A program made the translations under genes and the position numbers. Source: an uncultured Pseudomonadota bacterium (lineage in GTDB: Bacteria; Desulfobacterota; Binatia; Binatales; Binataceae). Taken from it: a DNA stretch of 64,000 nt. Location of the stretch: NCBI GenBank assembly GCA_963804355.1, contig CAWDQC010000010.1, positions 1 to 64,000 of the forward strand. Direction: 5' to 3'. Position 1 is the first letter of the stretch. Each line of letters begins with the position of its first letter. Below are positions 1 through 9,397 of this stretch, in pieces. The notes beneath the pieces were generated by a model, which saw only the letters and a program-made list of their open reading frames with translations, searched no databases and had not been told where the DNA came from.

Positions 1-2
1 GT

Positions 3-410
3 GCCGGAACCGGGACTCGGCACCGACCCGCTTGGGATCAGCAGAAGTCCATCGACTCCTCCTACGACGACAATGATGCTGCCACCAACGACGACGGGTC
101 TGCGACCATTCGAAAGCGGGCAGACAATCCGGATGAGAACGATCAGGATACCGAGGACGGGAACAAGCAGAACCAGGACGACCAGTCGAAACCTGATCAG
201 ATGAGTTCCGGTACCGGTGACCCCATGGATCAGCCGGAGATCAATGACCCGGCGGAAAAGGCTGATCCTGCGGAAGCCGACCCTGACAGCGATCAGGACG
301 CTCAGGGTGATGCGACCGACCAAAATGCCGATACGACCGATCAGGCGCGGTTCGGTTTACCCATGGTAACGGAAGGCGGTAAGCGTCGGAGAGCCCGCGC
401 GATCGCGTAA
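3..410 (+). CDS. 3' end of a protein whose start lies upstream of the window; highly acidic Asp/Gln/Asn-rich low-complexity tail
   Basis: Continuous open frame from the window edge to TAA at 408-410 (frame 3). The translation is dominated by D/E/Q/N/T and has no recognisable domain. Confidence 0.3.
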   Translation, partial: AGTGTRHRPAWDQQKSIDSSYDDNDAATNDDGSATIRKRADNPDENDQDTEDGNKQNQDDQSKPDQMSSGTGDPMDQPEINDPAEKADPAEADPDSDQDAQGDATDQNADTTDQARFGLPMVTEGGKRRRARAIA

Positions 411-522
411 GTTGCGTCGCCAGTTTTGCGTGGCTCGGAGGAATCAATAATCCGTCATCCCGGTTGAGCAGTCTCATCGCCGAGATGCTAAGGTTGGACC
501 TGTCGCTGAAAGGTCGGAGCCT

Positions 523-1603
523 GTGAGCGGCGGTAAGATAAAAGTCGATCAAATCAGCTCTCGTGAAGAGTTCGAGCACTTCGCGCGTCTGCCGTATCAA
601 ATTTATGGCACGCGCGAGGCTTGGTGGCCCCCCGATATTCAAAGCGAAATGGACCTGCTGGCGGGCCGGGCGCTGATTACCGCCTATCTCGATCTCAACC
701 CCTTTTGCGTATGGCGCGACGGCAAGCTGGTGGGCCGGGTCAGCGCCGTCGTCAACCATCGCTACAACGAACATTGGGAGGAAAAGCTCGGCCAGTTGAT
801 CCACTTCGAGGCCCTGCCGGGCGAGCACGAGGCGATCGCCGCGTTGCTCGAGCATGCGTTGGAATGGCTCGCGCGTCGTGGAATGAATGCGGCGCGGAGC
901 GGCTTCGCGGCTTTTCTTGATCCCTGCCCTTATACGATCGACAACTACGAGCAGCTGTCCTCGTTCCTGCTGCGCGCGAACCGGATTGCTACCACAGCTA
1001 TTTCAAGAACGCGTCGCTTCGCGACCGAGAAAGGGCAGGTGGACTACACCGCGGGGCTGGTGCCCGAGATCCTCGACCGTTACCGCGAGATGATCAATGC
1101 GGCGCAACGCTCGGGCGTCACCGTCAAAAGCTGGCGCGAGTACGGCTTCATGGCGGCGATCGACGTTGGAACCGATGTGACCAACGCCGCGTTCGACCGT
1201 CACTGGGGTCTGGAACCCGGTGACGCGCCAGGAGGTTCGTCCGATGCTCCTGCCGCTCGGAGACATGCTCGTCGCCGACCTCTCGATGATCGCGATACAG
1301 GATCGGGAACCGGTCGGCGCGGTCTTCTCAGTGCCGGATTTGAGCGGATGCTCGCGTATGTGCGTTCGGGTGCGCGGCTCAGTCCGGAGCGGGGCGGCGG
1401 GCTCGCGCGGCGCACTGATCGACGTCGGCGTACCTCGACGCGGTGCCGATCTCGCGGAGTCGCTCGCGCGATGGCGGCGCGTTCCTTTCTTAGATGGCGC
1501 AAACCGAATGAAGTTCGCCGGCTATACGCTGGTGCTCGACGACAACTGGCCGTCGCGGCGAACCGCGGAGAGCCTCGGTGCGCACGTTACCGGCAATTTG
1601 TGA
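523..1603 (+). CDS. Putative GNAT-fold acyl-CoA N-acyltransferase-like protein, about 360 aa, interrupted by frameshifts
   Basis: The ORF 523-1623 has a plausible N-terminal 240 aa, after which the protein-like frame continues in ORF 1220-1603 (ending ...KFAGYTLVLDDNWPSRRTAESLG). The motif-A-like segment EALPGEHEAIAALLEHALEWLARRG suggests a GNAT fold, but the family assignment is tentative. Confidence 0.35.
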
Positions 1604-1648
1604 CTTATCGCAGGGATCCGTAGGCGATCCGATCGCGGGTGCGAGGAA

Positions 1649-2064
1649 ATGCTCTCGTGGCGGATAGCGGTGCTCTTCGTTCATGTCACCGCGGTGATCG
1701 TGGCGCTCGGCGGATCGCTCTTTTCGACCTTCGCGCTGACTCCGATACTGATTGAAGAGCTGCCCCCTCCGTGCGCCTGCGCGTGGTGCGCCGGATCGTG
1801 CGGCGCATGGGTGCGATCGTTCTGATCGCACTGGCGACGCTGGTGTTCACCGGATTCCTCAATGTCATGTTCATCGGCAAGATATCGCAACTGCTGGCGA
1901 TAAAGCTTTTGATCGTTACCGTAGTAATCGCGCTGGCTATCTCATCAGTACGCGAACCTGGGAACGCGAGAATCTGGCGCGCGACCGCGCCAAATCCGGA
2001 ATTGGCGGCGTGCAAAAGCGCTTCCGCGTGGTCGGGATCACCATGGGAAGCCTGGTGCTGTTGA
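1649..2064 (+). CDS. Possible small integral membrane protein (fragmented, multiple hydrophobic helices)
   Basis: The overlapping ORFs 1771-2064 and upstream frame are strongly hydrophobic (…GAIVLIALATLVFTGFLNVMFIGKISQLLAIKLLIVTVVIALAI…). There is no clean start/stop structure and the 3' part collides with the minus-strand gene that ends at 2105. Confidence 0.2.
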
Positions 2065-2104
2065 TCGTGTATCTCTCGCTCGGGCTGACGCGGGTCGGTG
2101 TCGA

Positions 2105-3233
2105 TCAGCGCACGAATCTCGCGGGCGAGACGGTCTCTGCGCGAACTCCCAGCACGGCCAGGTCGTCGGGCACATCACGATTGAGTGCGAGACTGGCGGT
2201 CAGCCGGCTCATCGCTGGCGAGGTTTCGATTCCGTAGCCACCCTGGCCGGCCAGCCAGAAGAAACCGCTCACGCGCGGGTCGTAGCCGACGACCGGGCAT
2301 CCGTCCGCGACAAACGAACGCAGGCCCGCCCACTTGCGATTGATGTGGGTGATCGGTGATCGCGCGGCTTTTTGAATTCGTTCGACCGCGACGGCGACGT
2401 CGAGGTCGTCGGGATGAACGTCGACGGCTCCATCGGGGTTTCGTCGGCCGGGGACGCCAGGATGCGACCGGCGTCGGGTTTGAAATAGAAGGACTCACCG
2501 ACATCATCGATCATCGGCCAGCCGTCGATCATGGCGCCGGCGGGCGGCTCGAAGACGAACGCGGTACGGCGCTTCGGCGTCAGTCCGATCGGCGAGGCGC
2601 CGGCGATGGCGCCGACCCTGTCCGCACCATGCCCCGGCCGCATTGATCACGGTGGATGCGGTGAAAGTGCCGCCGGAGGTCACGACGCTGAAGAGGCCAT
2701 CGGCACGTTTGAGCTCGATCAGCTCCATGCCGGTGAGCGTCGTTCCGCCACGGGCGCGCAGGCCGCGCAGGAAGCCCTGATGCACCGCGTTGACGTCGAT
2801 ATCCATCGCTTCGGGGTCGAGCACGGCGCCGGCGACATAGTCCTCGCGCAGCACCGGCACCATCCGCACGCGCCTGCTCGAAACTGAGACGGCGTAGCCC
2901 CTTAACGAAGCGTGCGCACAGCTCCTCGGTGCGATCGAGGTCGGGAATCTGGTCGATGCGTCCGACGAAGAGCATCCCGCGCGGGCGCAGCAGCGGGTAC
3001 TCGGTGAACCCCTCGGGCGGCTCGAGGAAGAAGTTCTGGCTGCCGCTGGCGAGCGCGCGGATGACTTCGGGTCCGTGCGATTTCAGGTAGACCGCCGCCG
3101 ATCGTCCGGTGGTGTGATAGCCGAATTGGGTCTCGCGCTCGATCAGGAGCACGCTCGAAGTGCGCGCCAGCTCGAATCCGGCGGACGCGCCCGCGATTCC
3201 ACCGCCAACTATTACGAAGTCGTACGTCGCCAT
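2105..3233 (-). CDS. FAD-dependent oxidoreductase (D-amino-acid-oxidase/DAO superfamily), frameshifted in at least three places
   Basis: The N-terminus MATYDFVIVGGGIAGASAGFELAR is the Rossmann GxGxxG/FAD motif. The C-terminal frame reads …GFFWLAGQGGYGIETSPAMSRL…, typical of the DAO family. The reading frame switches between ORFs 2580-3233, 2504-2869, 2269-2643 and a further frame that ends at 2105. Confidence 0.6.
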
Positions 3234-3373
3234 TCGTGCGGTCCCTCGAAAGGCCGGCGGAACCGTCCGCCGGTCGTATTCCAGGAGAATGTTACATCAA
3301 ACATTGTCCGCTATGGGACAAAGCGAGGCATGAGGGGCCTGTCGCCTGGACGGCTTTGCGATAGACTTATTGC

Positions 3374-3934
3374 ATGTCGAAGCGCCGCCGGTCACGCTCG
3401 CGGAGGCTACGATGGCTCGCATTGCTCTCGATATTCGTCGGCGTGCTGTCGGTCGTGAGTTATGCCTCGGGCGCGGCTTTTATCCTCCGCGTGGCGAATC
3501 CCGCGTTGGGCGCATGGTGGGACGGCAGCCAGTTCTACTTTATGGAGGGTGCCGCCACCGCGTTGGGTTTGATCGTCGCGATTGGTATCGGCCTGCGCCT
3601 GATCAGCGATAGCGAAATTTCGGCGCGCTGCACGCTGTGGAGCGGGATCCTGGCGGCGGTGAGTGTAGCGCCGCTGATGCAACTTTGCTCCACTGCGGCG
3701 CGTTTCGGGCCCGACGCCTTTGACTTCACCGCGCAGGATTGGGTGATACAACGGGTCGGCTATACCGTTGGGCAACAACTTGACAAGGTTTTGATCGCGG
3801 GGGTTTACTTTCTTAAGACCACTTGCCTCGCGCTAATCGCCGGATTTGCCCTTGTTGCAATCGTCGTAGCGGTGCTGTTCGCGAGCGGCGCCGGCGCTGA
3901 AGTGGTTCCCTCGAATCCATCGGCGCAGCCATGA
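3374..3934 (+). CDS. Hypothetical integral membrane protein (about 5 predicted TM helices)
   Basis: 186-aa ORF with an Arg-rich N-terminus followed by several long hydrophobic stretches. No recognisable family. Confidence 0.4.
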   Translation: MSKRRRSRSRRLRWLALLSIFVGVLSVVSYASGAAFILRVANPALGAWWDGSQFYFMEGAATALGLIVAIGIGLRLISDSEISARCTLWSGILAAVSVAPLMQLCSTAARFGPDAFDFTAQDWVIQRVGYTVGQQLDKVLIAGVYFLKTTCLALIAGFALVAIVVAVLFASGAGAEVVPSNPSAQP

Positions 3935-3979
3935 ACGCATATTCACCAAGCCATCTGCGCGACCGGCACAAATTGCAGC

Positions 3980-4681
3980 GTGATGATGCGCGCGAGGCCG
4001 TCAATGGCTGACAAAAAGGACGACGCGAAAAATCCCGCCCGCTTCAGCCGGCGAGCCTTTATCAAGGGCGCCGGAGCCGCGGCCGCGGTCGCCGGTTTGG
4101 TCGGTGCGGGTGCCGGAGCACACGCGGCGGAAGCCGATTCTCCTGAGCAAAAGAGCGACGGCTTCGCCGATTATCTGGGCCCCAATGCGGAAACTATCGA
4201 ACTGAGCGTCAACGGCGCCACGCGGAAACTTACCGTCGAACCGAGAGTGACGCTGCTGGAAGCGCTGCGCGATACTCTCGCGCTTCACGGCACCAAGCTG
4301 GTTTGCGACCGCGGCGCGTGCGGCGCCTGCACCGTGCATCTGGACGGCAACCCGGTGACGTCATGCATGGTTCTCGCGGTCGATGCGCGCGGTCACCAAA
4401 TTACGACGATCGAAGGCCTCGGCACGCCCGATCGCATGCATCCGGTGCAGGCCGCCTTCGTACAGGCCGATGCGTTGCAATGCGGTTTTTGTACGCCTGG
4501 AATGATCATGTCGATCACCGCCGCGCTCGAGCGTAATCCCGACGCGACCGTCGACGAAATCAAGCACGCCGTCACCGGCAACATCTGCCGATGCGGTACT
4601 TATCCGCACGTCTTCAAGGCGGCACTGGCGGCCGCGGCAAAACTTCGTGGCGTGAAATCATCCGGAGGTAAAGTCGGATGA
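3980..4681 (+). CDS. paoA: Aldehyde oxidoreductase (xanthine dehydrogenase family) 2Fe-2S iron-sulfur subunit with twin-arginine (TAT) signal, PaoA/YagT-like
   Basis: TAT motif SRRAFIKGAGAAAAVA. Two [2Fe-2S] cysteine motifs are present: CDRGACGACTV (plant-ferredoxin type) and QCGFCTPG…CRCGTY. An alternative start ATG at 4004 is possible. The stop overlaps the next gene's start (ATGA at 4678-4681). Confidence 0.85.
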   Translation: MMMRARPSMADKKDDAKNPARFSRRAFIKGAGAAAAVAGLVGAGAGAHAAEADSPEQKSDGFADYLGPNAETIELSVNGATRKLTVEPRVTLLEALRDTLALHGTKLVCDRGACGACTVHLDGNPVTSCMVLAVDARGHQITTIEGLGTPDRMHPVQAAFVQADALQCGFCTPGMIMSITAALERNPDATVDEIKHAVTGNICRCGTYPHVFKAALAAAAKLRGVKSSGGKVG

Positions 4682-6879
4682 GCCGCCGAGTGACGGTTAA
4701 GCTGGGCTTCCAAGGCCATGTCGACGACGTCTCGCTGGTGATCCCCGACGACGATCCCACGCCGTGGCAGTGGGGCGACAAGATGACCCTGGTCGGCACC
4801 GAGGTGACGCGTCTCGACGGTCCGCTCAAGGCCACCGGCGGCGCCCGCTATTCATACGACGTCGAGATGCCCGGGATGATCTACGGCGCGATCCTGCGCA
4901 GCCCGTATGCGCATGCGCGTGTGCGCAACGTCGATCTTGCGAGTGCGCGCCGGCTGCCCGGCGTTCGCGCCGCGCTCAAGCGCGACGATCAGATCGTGCG
5001 CTTCGCCGGACAGGAAGTGGCGGCGGTCGCGGCGGTATCTCCGCAGATCGCCAACGACGCTATCGCGATTGTCACGGTCGACTACGATCCGATGCCGTTC
5101 GTGGTCGAAATGGAAGAAGCGCTCAAACCCGATTCGCCGCTGGTCTTTGCGACCGGCGGCAATGCGTCTTCACCCAAAGTGTTCGAGCGCGGCAACGTCA
5201 GTCGAGGCCTCGAGGAGGCGGCGGAAACGATCGAGGCGATCTATTCCACACCGGTTCAGACGCACGTATCGCTCGAAACTCACGGATGCGTCGCGCGTTG
5301 GGATGGAGACCAGCTCACGGTACTGTGTTCGACCCAGGGAATCTTCACCGTGCGCGACGACCTCGCCGTACTCTTCAATCTACCGCCCGACAAGGTCCGC
5401 GTGATCACGCCGTATCTCGGCGGCGGATTCGGCTCGAAGTTTGGCGCCGGCGCCGAAGTCGTGATCGCGGCGCAACTCGCGCGGGATGCCGGCGTTCCGG
5501 TCAAACTGATGCTGCCGCGCGCGTCCGAACATGTGGCAACCGGCAATCGCCCCAGCTCGTGGCAGCAGGTGAACCTCGGTGCCGATCGCACGGGCAAACT
5601 GACGGCGATTCAGTTTACCGGACATGGTAGCGGGGGTATCGGCGGTGGTGCGGGAGCGTCCGGCCCGTACCGAACCATCTACGAATGTCCCAACGTCCGC
5701 ACGGAAGATCGCGACGTCCATATTAACGCGGGGCCTTCGTCGCCGATGCGAGCGCCCGGATGGCCGCAGGGATGCTTCGGACTCGAGCTGGCGATCGACG
5801 AACTGGCGCGCAAGTTGAACATTGATCGGCTCGAGTTTCGCCGTCGCAATAATCTCAATCCGGTTCGCGCCTACGAATTCGAGCTGGGTGCGCGCGCTTT
5901 TAACTGGGACGAGCTGAGCCGGCGGCCGCAATCGCGCGGTCCGCTGAAGCGTGGTATCGCGGTGACCGGCGCGGCGTGGCATGGAGTCGGCACTCCGGGT
6001 CCTCAGGCCCAGGCGATCGCCTTTCGCGACGGCCATGTCGAGGTTCGTACCGGTACGCAGGACATCGGCACGGGGACGCGGACGATTCTCGCGATGGTAG
6101 CAGCGGAGGAACTCGGGTTGCCGCTCACCACGGTCAGCGCCGAAATCGGTGATACGCGCCTGCTCTTTTCGGTGCCGTCGGGCGGCAGCGGAACGGCGCC
6201 CTCGAATACGCCTTCCGTGCGCCAGGCCGCGGCCAATTTGAAGGCCAAGCTCTTTCGTATTGCGGCGAGCCTGCTCGGCGCCGATCCCAACGAACTGGAA
6301 GCGCAGGACTCGACGATTCGCGTCAGCGCGCAACCGTCGCGGGCGATTAGCTTCGCCGACGTATGCCGCCGTATCCCCGGCGACTCGCTTTCGGCCGAGG
6401 GCGAACGCGTGCCTAATTATGGCGGCTTTCGAACCGATCAAGCCGGCTGCCAGTTCGCCGAGGTCGAAGTGGACGTCGAAACCGGCGTGGTCCGCGTGCT
6501 GCGCGTGGTCGCCGTGCACGATGCCGGCAGAATCATTAACCCGCTGACTGCGCGCAGCCAGGTCAACGGCGGCGTCATCATGGGCGTAGGATTCGCGCTG
6601 ATGGAGGAGCGGCGGCTCGATCCGCAACTCGGCCTGATGGTCAATCCGACGATGGATGACTACAAGTTGCCGGGACCGCTCGATGTCCCTGAGATTACCG
6701 CGATATTCGTCGAGGTCGCCAACGGACTCAGCAATACCGGTGTTCTCGGGTTTGGCGAAGCCGCGCATGTGGCGACGACCGCGGCGATTGCCTGCGCGGT
6801 TTATGACGCGATCGGCGTTCCCGTGCGCGCGTTACCAATCACACCGGACAAAGTGCTCAACGCGCTGGAAAAAACCTGA
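4678..6879 (+). CDS. paoC: Aldehyde oxidoreductase molybdopterin-binding large subunit (xanthine dehydrogenase family, PaoC/YagR-like), 733 aa, intact
   Basis: Long intact ORF containing Moco-hydroxylase signature regions (…GGGFGSK…, …AGRIINPLTARSQVNGGVIMGVGFALMEE…). It is translationally coupled to the flanking genes. Confidence 0.85.
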   Translation: MSRRVTVKLGFQGHVDDVSLVIPDDDPTPWQWGDKMTLVGTEVTRLDGPLKATGGARYSYDVEMPGMIYGAILRSPYAHARVRNVDLASARRLPGVRAALKRDDQIVRFAGQEVAAVAAVSPQIANDAIAIVTVDYDPMPFVVEMEEALKPDSPLVFATGGNASSPKVFERGNVSRGLEEAAETIEAIYSTPVQTHVSLETHGCVARWDGDQLTVLCSTQGIFTVRDDLAVLFNLPPDKVRVITPYLGGGFGSKFGAGAEVVIAAQLARDAGVPVKLMLPRASEHVATGNRPSSWQQVNLGADRTGKLTAIQFTGHGSGGIGGGAGASGPYRTIYECPNVRTEDRDVHINAGPSSPMRAPGWPQGCFGLELAIDELARKLNIDRLEFRRRNNLNPVRAYEFELGARAFNWDELSRRPQSRGPLKRGIAVTGAAWHGVGTPGPQAQAIAFRDGHVEVRTGTQDIGTGTRTILAMVAAEELGLPLTTVSAEIGDTRLLFSVPSGGSGTAPSNTPSVRQAAANLKAKLFRIAASLLGADPNELEAQDSTIRVSAQPSRAISFADVCRRIPGDSLSAEGERVPNYGGFRTDQAGCQFAEVEVDVETGVVRVLRVVAVHDAGRIINPLTARSQVNGGVIMGVGFALMEERRLDPQLGLMVNPTMDDYKLPGPLDVPEITAIFVEVANGLSNTGVLGFGEAAHVATTAAIACAVYDAIGVPVRALPITPDKVLNALEKT

Positions 6880-7872
6880 TGAATCGCTTCGAGATAATCG
6901 CAACGCCGGATTTGAACCAGGTCTCCAGGCTGCTCGCCGAGCCCTATCATGCCGCGCTTGCCGGCGGCGTCGATCTGCTCGATCTGCTGAAGCAGCGCGT
7001 AGTCGGTCCCAAAAGTCTGGTCAATCTCAAAGCACTCGAAGGTATCGACACCATCAAATCCGACGGCAAAGGCGGTCTCCAGGTGGGCGCCCTGGTGAAG
7101 ATGCATCAGGTGGCGACGGATCCTCTTATCGGCACGCATTTCGCCGCGTTGTCGCAGGCGGCGGGTGAAGCCGCCACGCCGCAGATTCGTAATCTCGCAA
7201 CGGTCGGCGGCAATCTCCTGCAACGCCCGCGATGCTGGTACTTTCGCAATCCCGACGTCGTCTGCCTCAAAAAAGGTGGCGACACCTGCTACGCCGCCAA
7301 GGGCCTCAACCGCTATCACGCGATTCTCGGCGGCGGTCCGTCTTACATCGTGCATCCATCGAACCTTGCACCCGCGCTGATAGCGTTTGGTGCGAGCGCA
7401 AAGCTGGTCGGACCCGAGGGCGATCGCATCGTGGCGCTCGATCAATTCTTCAATACTGCCCAAAACCGACCCGGCCCGCGAAAATGTCCTCAAGCCCGGC
7501 GAGATCCTCACGCAGATCGTGATTCCAGCGCCGCCCGCCGGCGCGCGCAGCGTCTATCTCGAAGTGCGCGAGAAGCAAAGCTTCGATTGGCCGTTGGTCA
7601 GTGTCGCCGTCGTTATCGCAAAGGCCGGTTCGCATAGCGTGCGCCATGCGCGCGTCGTGATGGGGGCGGTTGCACCGATACCATGGCGCTCGCCGGAGGC
7701 CGAAGAGGTGATGATAGGCTCGCCGCTCAAAGCCGACGTTGCGGTCCGCGCTGCGTCCGCTGCGCTGCGGCCGGCGACGCCGCTCGCCGACAATGGCTAC
7801 AAGGTCCCGATGGCGAAGGCGATCGTGCGGCGCGCGATTATGCGCGCCGGCGGAATCGAGGAAGTCGCGTGA
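6879..7872 (+). CDS. paoB: Aldehyde oxidoreductase FAD-binding subunit (CO-dehydrogenase-flavoprotein-like, PaoB/YagS-like); one frameshift near 7455
   Basis: The N-terminus is FAD-binding PCMH-type (…ALAGGVDLLDLLKQ…ATVGGNLLQRPRCWYFRN…). The frame jumps from ORF 6879-7637 to ORF 7387-7872 at a CCC homopolymer. Inserting one base restores …DQFFNTAKTDPARENVLKPGEIL…. Confidence 0.75.
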
Positions 7873-7889
7873 GTGGAGCTGCCGCCATG

Positions 7890-8099
7890 TCCGACCGGCC
7901 GAATCGTTCGTTCTGCCTGATGCTTCGCACCAAGAACGGCTACTTTCGCTCGCCAATCGGGGAGCGCCTGATTGATCCGGACAGCACCACCGCCTGCTAC
8001 AACTGTCTGCTGACTCAACGTCCCTACGGCCCCGACGGGATGCCGGCGAACGCGGACTATTGCGGCCCCGAACGTTCCTGTTTCAAGCCCGAGACCTGA
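7890..8099 (+). CDS. Small hypothetical protein (69 aa, 5 Cys) immediately downstream of paoB
   Basis: ORF MSDRPNRSFCLMLRTKNGYFRSPIGERLIDPDSTTACYNCLLTQRPYGPDGMPANADYCGPERSCFKPET. It is not an XdhC/PaoD-type chaperone and no family was recognised. Confidence 0.3.
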   Translation, partial: SDRPNRSFCLMLRTKNGYFRSPIGERLIDPDSTTACYNCLLTQRPYGPDGMPANADYCGPERSCFKPET

Positions 8100-8111
8100 A
8101 GCGCAAACGGT

Positions 8112-9176
8112 CTAAAATTCGTCCGCCGGAAAATAGGGCAGCAGCCCCGTTCCCGGATGGCAATTGACGTATTCGAAGACCTGGCCCGCCGCCGGCAAAA
8201 CGGAAACCTCATGCCACAGCTTTAATTTAAGGTTGGTGCCGTGCTGCTTGGCCATCGTCAGGAATCTCGAGAAGATCGCCAGGTGAGTCGGATGCGTCGC
8301 CGCCCACTTTTCCAGATGTCCCAGGGTCAGGAAGTAGCCCAGTCCAAAAGTCTTCTTGAGAGGCGAACCGGTGTCGTCGATTTCCTCGGCGAAACGCAAA
8401 TCGCAGCATCCGGTGGCGTCGGGATTGTCACGGAGAAAATTCATTCCCTCAATCAACGCCGGCCGTACCGAATCGTTGTATTCGGCCAGTTCGATTCCCG
8501 CGCAGTCGGTCCAATCCTGACCCGACCTGATGATCGCGAGGTTCTCCGGCGCCTTGACCCGCAACCGCCGCTCCGCCGTGGCCGCCGCACCCAGGCGGGG
8601 CAAGCGCTCGCCATAACTGCTGCGCAGATCATCCATCGACGACAGCTCGATCCGGTCGCGCATGCTGCCCCAATAGTTATGCTCACGCACGGGACCGACC
8701 ACCGGACCTCCGGTCTTCGCCACACCCGCGAGCATGCCGTGAGAAAAAAGCGTCTCGAATCGATTGGTCGGAACGCTCAGGACCTCGCGAAAGTAACCCA
8801 CCTTGTCGCTCATCCGCGCCGGATCGCTCCACCAGGATTCGAACCCTGACTTTTCCTTCCATCTTTCGTAACTCGCCTGGTCGCTCCAATAGGCGGCGGT
8901 GACGAGGTTCGAGTATCCGTCACGATCGACGAACCTCGCGCTCTCGAAATTTCCGGGTGCGTCGGGACCGACGAGAAACTCATGCGTTCGCGGCGCGATT
9001 CGCTCCTGTGCGCCCGATTGGAGTTGGGTCCCCAGGTAAGCCATTACCACCGGTTTCGATTGCCGGGCGAAACTGACCGCCCAGGCGGGTGCCGGCGGCG
9101 TCCAGTCAGGCGGCAGATTGCGCGGAGAGGGGTTGAGCGAAACCAGCTCGCGAGGTTCTTTGAGGTCCTTGCTCAT
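8112..9176 (-). CDS. oxd: Heme-dependent aldoxime dehydratase (Oxd family), 354 aa, intact
   Basis: Blocks match characterised Oxd enzymes (OxdB/OxdA) closely: HNYWGSMRDRI, RVKAPENLAIIRSGQDWTDCAG, GYFLTLGHLEKWAATHPTHLAIF, LKLWHEVSVL…YVNCHPGTGLLPYF. The size matches the roughly 350-aa family. Confidence 0.7.
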   Translation of the reverse strand: MSKDLKEPRELVSLNPSPRNLPPDWTPPAPAWAVSFARQSKPVVMAYLGTQLQSGAQERIAPRTHEFLVGPDAPGNFESARFVDRDGYSNLVTAAYWSDQASYERWKEKSGFESWWSDPARMSDKVGYFREVLSVPTNRFETLFSHGMLAGVAKTGGPVVGPVREHNYWGSMRDRIELSSMDDLRSSYGERLPRLGAAATAERRLRVKAPENLAIIRSGQDWTDCAGIELAEYNDSVRPALIEGMNFLRDNPDATGCCDLRFAEEIDDTGSPLKKTFGLGYFLTLGHLEKWAATHPTHLAIFSRFLTMAKQHGTNLKLKLWHEVSVLPAAGQVFEYVNCHPGTGLLPYFPADEF

Positions 9177-9397
9177 GCCACCCTTCTAGCACGAATCGAT
9201 ACGATCGTCCGTCCGTATTCGGTCGCTCAAAAACGGAACGTTCGGTGGGGTGTTCGGCGCGGTTGCCGATTCGTCGGCATTCCTCTCCGCCGTCGCATAA
9301 CTAACCCTGCGGGGCGGGCCGAAACGCCATCGGCCCGATCGGAAAGGGCGAAACGCACAGCGCGTTCCGCCCTTGATATGCGAATCGATTGCGGCGG

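Noticed and set aside
1752-2237. 161-aa plus-strand ORF overlapping the 3' end of the minus-strand FAD oxidoreductase
   Set aside because: Its C-terminal half is the reverse frame of the well-supported …GFFWLAGQGGYGIE… oxidoreductase tail. Only the hydrophobic upstream part (1649-2064) was kept, as a low-confidence feature.
4764-6768. Long ORFs inside and antisense to paoC (4764-5630 plus, 5380-6768 minus, 462 aa)
   Set aside because: They are Arg/Ala/Pro-rich translations typical of alternative frames in high-GC DNA, and they fully overlap an intact, well-supported 733-aa gene.
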